A DNA stretch of 64,000 nt, taken from contig VRMN01000003.1 of assembly GCA_008690995.1 (NCBI GenBank), forward strand, positions 1 to 64,000, written 5' to 3'. The number at the start of each line of letters is the position of its first letter. The stretch's first letter is position 1. The notes under the pieces are model-generated. The model did not search any database and was not told the DNA's origin. It saw only the letters and a list, made by a program, of their open reading frames with translations. This document shows positions 43,099 to 53,600 of the stretch, one piece after another. This DNA is from Porphyridium purpureum (Eukaryota). Position numbers and translations under genes: made by a program.

Positions 43099-43405
43099 AG
43101 TTCGGAAACCTCGCTCCGCTGATGGACAACCTCCAATCCAACGACCAAGTTTATCAAGTTCTAAACGTATAACTTTTCCAACTCGCACTCCCTACCGAAG
43201 CCCACCGCGCTCGCGCTCAGCACCGAGCTTCGCGCGCGACTTATAAGCCAACGGACCCATTCTCCTACGCTCCTACCGCCGGCCAACAACCGCAGCCGAG
43301 AGTTTCCCTTCTCAAGTCACGTCCCTTATCAGTGATCAGCTTAACGGCTTAACGACTAAAAGTTAACCACTAACCGTTAACCGCCATGCTCCACACATCT
43401 TAACA
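43099..43405 (-). repeat. Copia 5' LTR
   Basis: Direct repeat of 19411-19717; ends in CT, not CA, on the element strand. Confidence 0.95.
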
Positions 43406-43738
43406 GTTACCCTGCGGTCAAACGGCAGAGCAGTACATTGCACAGTACCTCCAATCGACGAAACACTCAAATGAAAGATGGTGAGCGAGTAGATGACGAG
43501 TCGGTGACTCGTCTTTCGGTGCAACGCAGTATTGAAAAATTTGTACATTTTATTTCGTTCGACTCGCCAAGTTTCAAGCCTTCAGACGAGGACTCTCGAA
43601 TCTCGCCCGCATTTGGTGCTGGTCGCGCAGATGCGTCCTTGCTGAGTTTTGCGCTGCGACTCTGATGAACAGAAGCCCTACCACATTTCAACGACATCCC
43701 TCCGGCCCCTGTCACCCTTGCTAGCCTGCAGTGACAAC

Positions 43739-44206
43739 TTACTGGATGTCAATCACGCGAGTCGCAGACGACTCGACGTACTCACGCTTCGGCAGCTCAA
43801 TTGAGACAATGCCGTCCTTTGCAGAGGCTGCAATCTTGTCGACCATAATATCATTCCCAAGGTCCATGCTCTGCTCGAACGCGCGCGAAGAAAAGCTGTG
43901 CATGGGGCCATCCGCTCGGCCTTCCGAACTCTCTAATTTACCGCTCACCTTGAGAACATTGTCCTTGACCTCCAGCTTAATGTTTTCCTTTGGAATTCCA
44001 GGCGCTTCAATGTTCACGACGAACTTGTCGTCAAATTCCTGCATCTCGCTCGGCGGTCCGACGAGCGTGGGGTCGAACATGCGGTTCCACTCGTTGCGCG
44101 CGCTACCAAAGGGAGCATCCATAATCTTGTCAATCAAGTCCCACGTGTTTCCTCGGCTGCCACGCAGCGAGGCCAGCGGTCCAAGTCCACGAGCACGAAG
44201 TGCCAT
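43739..44206 (-). CDS. HSP20: Small heat-shock protein (Hsp20/alpha-crystallin) 1
   Basis: EAPGIPKENIKLEVKDNVLKVSG...IAASAKDGIVSIELPK...IDIQ. Confidence 0.93.
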   Translation of the reverse strand: MALRARGLGPLASLRGSRGNTWDLIDKIMDAPFGSARNEWNRMFDPTLVGPPSEMQEFDDKFVVNIEAPGIPKENIKLEVKDNVLKVSGKLESSEGRADGPMHSFSSRAFEQSMDLGNDIMVDKIAASAKDGIVSIELPKREYVESSATRVIDIQ

Positions 44207-44332
44207 CTTTCCAGACTTTTTGTCTGCTCCAACGCTTACTCTCGCTCAGCTCCGTACCTGTTCGCTGGCTCTTCCTCCACCTTTCCATTGTCACTCATAC
44301 AATCTCCGACCTTTGTTGGTGCAGAGCGACCA

Positions 44333-44470
44333 ATTTATACCCGTGTCGAATCGCCATCTCAGGCCGCAGCAGCAGAGGCGCAAGCAGTCGCCCGAGCCTT
44401 CCGGAAAATTCTCGAGGCAGATTCGCCATGCCGCAGCCACTTGCACGGAGCCATCCGGAAAATTCTCGAG
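44333..44470 (-). promoter_or_regulatory. Hsp20-1 promoter: TATA box plus a duplicated heat-shock element
   Basis: 23-bp direct repeat GAGCC(T/A)TCCGGAAAATTCTCGAG at 44394-44416 and 44448-44470; minus-strand TATAAAT near 44333-44339. Confidence 0.8.
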
Positions 44471-44981
44471 CCTCTCTGGCCAGAACTGTACTTCTGCGCT
44501 GTACTTGCTGCTAGAACGCGGTTCAGTGCGCTCACGATATGTACACTTGTAGCCATGTGAAACAGCGGTTTTCGTAGACGAATCCGCCGCATGCGAGAAC
44601 TTGGCCGGGCGAGCTGCAAAGTTGCGATCCCACTGGGTTTCAACATGAATCTGGACTGTGGGTCTCTTACACGCGCTTGACAACCAAGCCCTCCCAAGCG
44701 GAACCTTCTCCGCATCATCTGCACCACTGAAGAGCATTTTCCACATATACAAAAGGATAACAGGTACACAACTTTATGTTTTTTTCTTTCTCTACAAGCT
44801 AAGGACACAGATCAAGACGCTGGCATCGACCTCACTGATCACAAAGAGCCGCGTACCAGCCTAATCGGACTATGGCATCTCCAGCAGGACTCGCGCAACG
44901 CCAAAGGACTGTTGACAAACGTGGTCAGGATAATGTCCATACGATGCACTTCTGTCACCAATTCTTCCTGGCGCTCTCTGC

Positions 44982-45473
44982 CTACTTAATTTCAATCAGG
45001 CGAGTGGCAGGCTCTTCGCGGCCGTGCTTCGGGAGTTCTATCGTAACAATTCCGTCCTTGGCTGACGCCGAAATCTTGTCAATGTCAACGTCATTACCAA
45101 GCGTCAGAGAACGATGGAAGGAACGCGCCACGTAGCCATGCGTAACTTTCTCGCCCTTTCCGTCGCCATTCTCGCCATCTTCCGTGACGTTCTCTTCCAT
45201 TCCGCCGCTGACCTTCAACACATTGTCCTTCACTTCCAGCTGAATTTTCTCCTTCGGAATGCCCGGCGCCTCAATGGTCATCACATACTTGTCGTCAAAC
45301 TCACTGAGAAGGCTTGGGGGACTTGCGCGCACAGGCTCCAGAAGACTGTTCCAGTCGTCGCGTGTCGTTCCAAAAGGCGCGCCCAGCAAACGGTCAATCA
45401 GTTCAAAGGTGTTTGCGCGACCCGTCGGGTACGCCAAATGCGAAGAAACTGCTGGACGCGTCCTCAACGCCAT
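44982..45473 (-). CDS. HSP20: Small heat-shock protein 2
   Basis: Close paralogue of Hsp20-1; starts MALR. Confidence 0.93.
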   Translation of the reverse strand: MALRTRPAVSSHLAYPTGRANTFELIDRLLGAPFGTTRDDWNSLLEPVRASPPSLLSEFDDKYVMTIEAPGIPKEKIQLEVKDNVLKVSGGMEENVTEDGENGDGKGEKVTHGYVARSFHRSLTLGNDVDIDKISASAKDGIVTIELPKHGREEPATRLIEIK

Positions 45474-46059
45474 TGGTGAGCTTGCACGCTTCGCCACACT
45501 CTTCGCAGCTTTTTCCTTGTTCCTCTTTGTCGACTTCGTCGCTAATCTCTTCACTACACTTGGTCGAATGTGGTACACTCTCATCCTGACGAAGATGGCC
45601 ACCCTCCATCGCGCGCCGGCTTCGACATGCACGTGCCGGCGCCCCTTTTTATGCTGTATTTCATCAAGACATTTGTAAGACAGGTGCACGTGTCTCTAGA
45701 CCTTTCGCAAATCTTCTCGTCTCGCTCCGACACAACGTTCGTTGCCGGCGTACGCAAAAAGCAGGCTTCCTTCATGAAAGTGTGTACACTTCCACATGTT
45801 TCCACAAAAATCTGGAATGGGCACGGAAGGCTCCGGCTTCTCGCATCGAATGACGATGCCTTGCTTGCTCCGGCGTGGCATGTCGTGGCATGGCGTGCTC
45901 GCACGGTTATAAAAGCCGGCGCCTGTCCACGCAGTTACCCGCTCCGGCGCGGAGTATCTGCAAGGCGAAGGTGAGTGGTGTGGAGAACAAAGTGTCCAGG
46001 GAACAAGGAGTCAGAGCATTTGCTTGCATTGATTGAGACTACCAGTGAAGCACACAATC

Positions 46060-46749
46060 ATGGTGGAGAGTGACGGCATGGCGTTCACTTTTGGAGTGGC
46101 CCCAACGATTCGGGTGTATGGCGCGAAACCGTCGTACATGCAGACTTCGCCGCAGAATGCGCCTCGCAAGGAAGGAGACGGCAACGGCAACGGCAACGTC
46201 GCCATACGTACCCAGCCGCCAGCGCAATCCCGGGCTATGGCGCGTCCGAACAGGCAAATGTTCGCACCATTGTCGCCATTTGCACCGTTGAGTCCATTTG
46301 ATCTCATGGACGCTGCTGAGAGGCTCATGAACACGCCGTTCGAACAGTGGGACCGTGCCATGGGGCTTGCGCCTGCACAGCAGCGTGCTTGGAGCCCGAC
46401 GTATAAGTTTGAGGAGTTTGATGATAAGTACGTCCTCTACGTGGAAGCACCGGGTATTCCGAAGGAGAAGGTGGTGCTTGAAGTCAAGGACAGCATGTTG
46501 CTGATCTCTGGAAACTTGGAAGAGAAGACGACGAAGCCGTCTGACGGAGGTGAACCGGCCGGGCAGAAGGGTGCTGTCTTTGAATCCTACACGAAAAGGT
46601 CCTTCAAGAGGAGTCTGGTGCTGAGTGAGGATATCCTCGTTGATCAGATTTCGGCAGCTGCAAAAGATGGCGTGATTTCTGTCGTGTTACCGAAGCGCCC
46701 GAAGCCGGAGGAACCGAAGCCCAAGCGCATTGAAATTGCCTCGCATTGA
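46060..46749 (+). CDS. HSP20: Small heat-shock protein 3, possibly plastid-targeted; start uncertain (46060, 46078 or 46237)
   Basis: Alpha-crystallin domain; N-terminal extension containing MAFTFG; TATAAAA near 45907. Confidence 0.9.
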   Translation: MVESDGMAFTFGVAPTIRVYGAKPSYMQTSPQNAPRKEGDGNGNGNVAIRTQPPAQSRAMARPNRQMFAPLSPFAPLSPFDLMDAAERLMNTPFEQWDRAMGLAPAQQRAWSPTYKFEEFDDKYVLYVEAPGIPKEKVVLEVKDSMLLISGNLEEKTTKPSDGGEPAGQKGAVFESYTKRSFKRSLVLSEDILVDQISAAAKDGVISVVLPKRPKPEEPKPKRIEIASH

Positions 46750-46920
46750 TGCCTCTGTGTGATAGATGAATGACCTGGAAGTTGACCTCGTTGTGAGAGC
46801 CCAAAGCTCTGTATGTGTTCTATGCTGGTTTGGAATTCTCGTCCACGTGTAGGTTAGTTTTTAGTTTTCGTAGTCTAGTCATAGTTCAGCATGCTTGTAA
46901 ATGGTTGACGGGACTGCAAG

Positions 46921-49512
46921 TTATTGGGCACTTGTTGGGTGAAATCGCTGTTTTTGCGAGGCCTCCACATATCCCCGGAAAAGCCCTCTTCTCTGCGACA
47001 ACTCATCATACGTCCCTTGCTCGGCCACGGCTCCATCCGCGAGAAAGAGGATCCGGTCCGCCCGTCGCAGTGTGCTGAGACGGTGCGCGATCACGAGCAC
47101 AGACACGCCTTCCTCATGCGCTAGCGATTGAATGGCGTAGCTCACCATCGCTTCGTTTTCAGCGTCGAGCTGCGATGTTAATTCGTCCATGAGCAGCAGG
47201 CGCGGCTTGTGGTACAGTGAGCGTGCGAACGCAATCCGCTGGCGTTGCCCTCCAGATAAGGACGAGCCACGCTCACCAACCAGTGTGTCCAATCCCTGTG
47301 GAAACTTTTCGATGAAGTCAGAACACGTCGCAAGGTCGCAGATATGACGTAGATGCGCGTCTGCATTGGCATCGACGTGCTCCTGCTGCGTGCCTGGAGT
47401 ACCGCTGAGATGCGCTGCGTGGCGCCGAATGGTAATATTTTTGGCAATGGTGTCATCAAAGAGCAGCGGGTCTTGCGGTACCACGCCGATCTGAGAACGA
47501 AGCCAATCCGAGTTCAGCGTCTGAATGTCATGTCCGCCAAAGCGGATCATACCCTGCTGCGGATCATACAGACGGGCGGTCAAATACGTGATTGTACTCT
47601 TCCCGGAGCCAGATGCACCTGCAAGAGCGACGATCTCACCAGGCTCTACCGTAAAAGATACGTTTTGCAAAATCAAATTCTGCGGCGCCATCGGGTACGC
47701 GAAGCTCACCTTGTCGAATTCCAAGCGGGCCTTGTACGGTGGCACGAGACACACGCCGGCGCTGTTGCGCTCGGAATGAAGAATAGGGTCTTCATCCAGA
47801 ATCTCCACCACTCGCATGGCCGAGCCCTGCGCCTTGGTGAATTGTCCGTACGCATTTGCAAGATTCGATAGACTGAAGCCGAGGTTGATGGCGTACATGG
47901 TAAATGCACTCAGTGTTCCAACAGACAGTTCACCGTCCATGACTAAGCGGCTGCCGCAGTACAGAATACCAACAAGAGACATTTGCGAAACGAAATAAAG
48001 CGCGCCTGTGTAAATGCCCTCCGCAATACCTGTATTCTTCGCGAGCTGATACACGTCTTCTGTCTTCTTCGCATACCGCGTGATTTCTAGCTCTTCGGTT
48101 CCAAACAGTCGCACCGTGCGGATGCCGCTGATTTTTTCGGCGGCGTGCGCGGTGGACGCAGCGAGGGCGTCCATATATTGGCGACTCAGCTGTCTGACAA
48201 TTCGTCCTGCGAGCACGGCGAGACCGGCCGTCGGCGGCAACACCATTGCCGAAATCAGGAAGAGCTTGGGCGAGTACACCAGCAGCCATGCCACTGCCAT
48301 GGAAAAGGTCACAGATGAACGCACGGTGCGTGACAAGTTATCCGTTAGCACGCGCGAGATGACTGTTGTGTCCGCAGACAGCCGGTTCACGAGTTCGCCT
48401 GTGTGCCGCCGGTCAAAGAATTCCATGCGCTTCCCCAAAATTTTCGCAAAAACGTCAATACGGAGCCTGCGCGAAATGCGCTCACCCACGATGGTCATGA
48501 GTGTCACGCGTGCTGACGCGGCAACACACCCCACTGCAAAGAGCGCGACAAGTCCCCACGCCACCATCGCGAGCTGGTCCATTAGTTCTGGGTGGGGCGG
48601 TTCGATCATATCCATAATTTTGCCAGCAGCCGCGGGAAAGGTCATGGTGGTCATCGTTTGCACAAACTGGCAGAGGGAGGCCGCGATGAGCAGGTTGGTC
48701 TGCGGCTTGACAAATTCGAGGATGCGTCGAAAGCTCGTGTTCGAATTTAGAACAGTAAGCGCTCCCCACGGCCGTCTGAATCGGCGCCACACTTTTCTCC
48801 CGTGCACATGAAGTAGACGCCACGCCGAGTTCGAAGAGCGTCGCCTGCCCGCGGATTGGCTCTGACTCTGGCTCTGCGAAGAACCATTTCCATGTATGCG
48901 CGCCCGTGGCTGTTCTTGCGAGACCCCCGGAGGAAGAGGAGAAGATGAGTACCACCGAAGCCCTCGCGCCACGCGATCTCTCTGCGTTTGCGCGATTGTG
49001 CTAGCATTCCGGACGAGGGTCGAGCGGACGCAGTTGCGCAAGCAAGATAGAGCTCCGGCTGAGCGCAGATAGACACAAGAATCTATCCGCCGTAGGACGA
49101 CGCTCGCCGTCCCACTTGTTGGCATCGCAAGAGCTCGAGCCAGGGCCTGAGCCAGAGTCAGAGACGGAGCCGGACCTGAAGCCGGCGCAGGAGCCGGGAC
49201 CGCGCCGCGTGGATGCATCGCGCGCCAACGCGCTGCGTGAGACATCTGGCCGTCGGACGAGGCACGCGTGGCGAATCCTGCGCCATTCCGGCTTCTGGAT
49301 GCCCACCGGCCCGCCAGATTGGCCAGCTCCACCGGCGGCGCCGTCCGCATTGTCGCGCGCAGCCCGTTCTCTTCCACACGCACCACTTTTCGGACGCGCC
49401 AAGCGGTTCGTCGCGCTGCGCGCGCCACGAGCGAGCCGAAGTTTAAATTAAACACAATTATTAACATCGTGTGCGTGGGCGCTCGATACCTTTCGATGGG
49501 GATCGACCGCAT
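46921..49512 (-). CDS. ABCB half-transporter (ABCB10/MDL1-like, probably mitochondrial); start uncertain
   Basis: Transmembrane domain with GERIS..LR and TGELVNRL; GASGSGKS, LSGGQRQR, LLMDE; Arg-rich presequence-like N-terminus. Confidence 0.9.
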   Translation of the reverse strand: MRSIPIERYRAPTHTMLIIVFNLNFGSLVARAARRTAWRVRKVVRVEENGLRATMRTAPPVELANLAGRWASRSRNGAGFATRASSDGQMSHAARWRAMHPRGAVPAPAPASGPAPSLTLAQALARALAMPTSGTASVVLRRIDSCVYLRSAGALSCLRNCVRSTLVRNASTIAQTQRDRVARGLRWYSSSPLPPGVSQEQPRARIHGNGSSQSQSQSQSAGRRRSSNSAWRLLHVHGRKVWRRFRRPWGALTVLNSNTSFRRILEFVKPQTNLLIAASLCQFVQTMTTMTFPAAAGKIMDMIEPPHPELMDQLAMVAWGLVALFAVGCVAASARVTLMTIVGERISRRLRIDVFAKILGKRMEFFDRRHTGELVNRLSADTTVISRVLTDNLSRTVRSSVTFSMAVAWLLVYSPKLFLISAMVLPPTAGLAVLAGRIVRQLSRQYMDALAASTAHAAEKISGIRTVRLFGTEELEITRYAKKTEDVYQLAKNTGIAEGIYTGALYFVSQMSLVGILYCGSRLVMDGELSVGTLSAFTMYAINLGFSLSNLANAYGQFTKAQGSAMRVVEILDEDPILHSERNSAGVCLVPPYKARLEFDKVSFAYPMAPQNLILQNVSFTVEPGEIVALAGASGSGKSTITYLTARLYDPQQGMIRFGGHDIQTLNSDWLRSQIGVVPQDPLLFDDTIAKNITIRRHAAHLSGTPGTQQEHVDANADAHLRHICDLATCSDFIEKFPQGLDTLVGERGSSLSGGQRQRIAFARSLYHKPRLLLMDELTSQLDAENEAMVSYAIQSLAHEEGVSVLVIAHRLSTLRRADRILFLADGAVAEQGTYDELSQRRGLFRGYVEASQKQRFHPTSAQ

Positions 49513-50627
49513 CCCGCTGCGGGTGTACAGTCCGTGACCATTGCATCAGTTTATGCGCCGTGTCCGAACGTGGGCTACCTGCTTACTGCTCAACTTCAAA
49601 GCTTAGAAAAGCAGTGTACCTTCTTTTGTGTCGATGGCGAATGACCCGGGAGCGGATTCGTTCGAATGCCGGCGCCGTACGCGCACTGTCCGACTGCTGC
49701 TCGTACTGGTACTGCTGAGACGCCGCGCGTTTTTATGGTGGAAGGCGCGATTTTGTGGTGCTTGTGTGTTGCGGTGCGTGGGGGGTGGCTTTGTGCGTGC
49801 GGCGCTTCGTTATTCCCTTTTTTGGATGGGTGGTGGTGTGTTGGCGTGGTTGGTGTTCACGCAAACGTGCTGTTTCGGCGGCCGCTCAAGGAAAAACGCG
49901 CTTTGCACAATGCAGACGGTTTTTCGGTGCTGCTGCGCTTTGTGTGTGTGTGTGTGTATGTTAGTTTTGAAAGTGCATCTGTTGGCAGAACAAAGTAAAA
50001 TAGATTGAGGTGGCTCATTTGGGGAATAGGTGTGGAAGCTATGGAACGGTATACGCTTTCACTAGGGTAATAATGACGCTAGCGCTTTTGAGGGGGTGGC
50101 GGTGGTGGTGGTTGCGGCTAGTCTGTTTCGCGCCGCGCCCGCGCCCGCGCCGCTTTTGCGCACATCCACACAGAGCGTCATTGGGTTCAAAGGCGCTGTG
50201 TTGAGGTGTTCGTGACGCGGCGTGGCGGCCAGCGTGCCGAATTCTTCCCGCTCGATTGATTTTTGTCGTGCCGGCTCGTGCACATTCCGCCAGGTCGTGA
50301 GGACGCGTGCGCACACGCCAAGAAAGCAGCCTTGCGCGCGCACGCGTGACCCGGCCGGGGGGGAAAAAGCAACAAGCAAAGCAACATCGACTCAATTTTC
50401 ATTAGGCGTTCAAGTCCGGCCGATTGGCCTATCGCACGAGGGGGCGGTTGAAGGGAGGTGCAGGAGTGCCCATGCGAGCGTTCGGGTGCGGGCGCGTGGC
50501 GGACGGAGGAGGGGAACTGTGCTTCCGGGGACAGGCGGCGGAACGGGTGCAAACCTGGCGTTGTTCGCATCGACGTGCGCCGAGCTCGTCAGTGCAGCTC
50601 GCAGCGCTCACGCGGTGAACGGAGTCG

Positions 50628-53600
50628 ATGGAGTATAATCGCGAGTCCTCGAAAGAGCGCTTGTCGCGCAACGCGTCAGGGAACTCCGAGCATGGCGGCG
50701 ACAGTGGAGTGCGGTTCGAGCTGGCGGAGGAGGACAGATATCGATTGGCCAGCGGTGCCGTGGGCGCGGCGGGGCGGACGGCGTCGGCGGACGAAGAAAG
50801 ATTGCGATATCACCAACATGGCGGCGGCGCCTGGTCGCCATCAACCGTTACGGGGAACCGTAGAGTGTCCAGTCCGTCTCAGGTGTACACACGAGTTGCG
50901 AGGGAGCGCAGTGCAGGGGAGAACACCCCGCAGCTCCAGCACCAATATCAGCAACAGAACCAGTCCGACCATTTGAACGCAGGCGATTTCGAATACGGAC
51001 AGCAAAACGATCCGTACGTGCAACAGCACAGTCCGCAGCTACAGCATTCTTACGCGAGTTCGCGTGGTGACACGCCGCGTTCAGCTCCCATCACGCCGAG
51101 CGCAGCCAGGCTGGTAGGAAGTCAGGGCAATGTGATGGGTGTCCGATCCGGGACAGGGACCGGCACCGCGCCTTCCGCATCTCTTTCGCCAAGCGCCTCA
51201 GCGCGGTTACGGACATCGGATCTACGCAGCGCAGGATTGCGCAACTCCCCGTCGCAGACGTCATTGTTGCACGCCGTGCAAAGCAAGCGACAGATGGAGC
51301 GGATGGTGAAACTCAAAGATGAAGCCGACCGCATGCTCAATGAATTCTGCATTCGCTGTCACCGTGACTTTCTTAACTCTGATGAAACAACCAACGACGA
51401 AGCCGAAGTACTGGAGACCTTAGTGTCCATTTGTGAAAATGTGACATTGGTCTCAAACCGTGAAATGCTGAACCCGCAAACGCGTTTCGTGCTGCATGAG
51501 CAGATTTCAAAGCTGGAAGCGCTCAGTATTGCGAGCGCTGGCTTGAAGTGGGAAGGTGCTGCGCAGGGTCTCAAGGAGATGGGCTCCGAGTCCGTCGAGC
51601 CGGTTATGTTTGTACACTCGCGGGTAGACAAGCTTCGGCAGGCTGCGGAAGTACCGGCAGATCATCAAGGCACAAAGGGACATCCGCTATCGCCGGTGTT
51701 TCATCCAAGCAGCAGTGGAAAACCGCTCACGCCAGAAGAAGATGCGCCGGGTAGCCCGCGTTCATCGCAGAATCAAATTCAGCGGGACCGTCGGCGCCGA
51801 CGAGATATTTTGGCGAGTAGCAACTCGAAACGAATAGCAACCGCGGTAAGTAGTGGTGGCGAGTCGCCCAGTTTGGCGGGCTCTCCGCACGCCGCCCCGA
51901 CAAACGCGTCGCTCCATTCGACGGGATCGACCAAGGTAACTTCCGCGCTTGGCGCTTTGCATCTACGTGAACCTGCGGGACCGGGCGCAGTGATGAACGA
52001 CAAAGAAGGGACGCCCAAGGTCCAGCATGGAAACTCGCCGAGCGAGTCTGAGCCCTGGGAGTTTCAGGAAACTGCGCGCCATTTGGATAGCAGCTCGGAT
52101 TCAGACGGAGACAACCGGTCGGAGGACCCAGGCAACTTGACAAAAGTATCGAGTGAGTCTTCCATTTTCACGGGTGACAGCAGCAGGGTGAACTCTCCCC
52201 ACTTTTTGATTCCTTCCGAGCTGAGGAACTTGGTGCCGCGTGAAATGCGCGGCGATGGTCCTTTCAATCAATCAGACACGGGTACCCCGTATCTGAATTC
52301 TCCGAACTCCGCCGCATCCGTGCGGGCAGTCCAGTCGAGGCAAACGTCCTCGCCCAGCAGTGAGAACGGAGGCGACAGTCCAAAACTTGGCGGTCGGCTC
52401 GCCGCTGGTAGTTCAACCGCAGCAGGCCCCTCGAGTGTGTACGGGGATCGGGCCGGTTCGCAGCAGAGTCGCTCAGGGGGCCCAAATTCTGCAACGAACT
52501 CGCCGCGTCCGTACTTGGGGTTGCCAGGGCTACCTACACTCCAGGTCGACAGACGCAGGTCTGATCTGAACACCGGCGGCAGTGGTGGAACCAACGATGG
52601 GGCAAAAGCTATACCATGGCTTTCGCCGTCAGACTCGATAGCTTCGGCCGGCCTTACCTCGGGGGGTGTGACCTCCCCATCTGCCCTCGCAACGGTTCTA
52701 TCACCGAAAAGTAGGCATCAGCAGCATATCGAGCAGGCGAGTAGTACGAGGCACAACAATGCGACGGAGTCAAGTCCGCGCTCAAACGCCGAGTCGCGCA
52801 TGAATGAGGATCAGGACGAAATGATGTGCCGTGTGTGCGAGCAAATCTTTTTGCCCGACTCGTTCCCGTTCCATGTCGGGCGCTGCCACTTGATTGCAGA
52901 GGAGTTACAGATTGTAATGAATCGCTCGAAACTGTTGGCCAAGTTAGGCGTCACGATTCAGTCGTGCGCGAACGATGCTTCGTTGCCTGAGTGGGACCGC
53001 CTTGCGTGGACAACGTTGCTGGATATGTGCGAGCTTCCGGCACTCCACGATTGTACGGTACAGGAGCTCGGCACGAGCGTGAAGAAGATCTTACTTCCCG
53101 AGCAGGAGTACATTCGCATACCAGCTGCGCGCCTGAGCTTTGGTGACCTGAAAGATCACGTGAAGGAAGCCTCACGCCTGGTAGATCGGTGTCGCAGGAA
53201 GCTCGGAGAACATGCTCCATTGGCAGCGAGTTGCACACAGGCAACATTGTTGCTCAACCAGATATGCGTCGCGGCTTCGCGCCTGATGGGATACGCGTCA
53301 GAGATCGGGCAGAGCGCCTTTGCACGCTCGCTCCGCTCACAACCGCCCAGTTTGTTTGTTGCCTTGTCGATCTTGTCTGAATCTTTTGGACCAAGCATAC
53401 TCGCCGTGGACCCAGGCGACTCGCTGACAATCCCGAGGATTAACGATTTTAAGGTGCTCAAACCTGTGTCGTGCGGCGCGTTCGGGAGAGTGTACCTTGC
53501 AAGGAAAAAGACATCTGAAGACATGTATGCCATTAAGGTCATTCGCATGAAGGATATGAAGGTATCGTCCATGGGTATCAGACTTCAGCTCGAGCGCGAC

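Larger units (their letters stand above)
19411..43405 (-). mobile_element. Ty1/Copia LTR retrotransposon, 5797 bp once three nested insertions are removed
   Basis: 307-bp LTRs; perfect 5-bp TSD GTTAC (19406-19410 and 43406-43410); PPT 19718-19729; domain order gag-PR-IN-RT-RH. Confidence 0.97.

Noticed and set aside
49941..49956. (TG)8 microsatellite
   Set aside because: Ordinary simple repeat.
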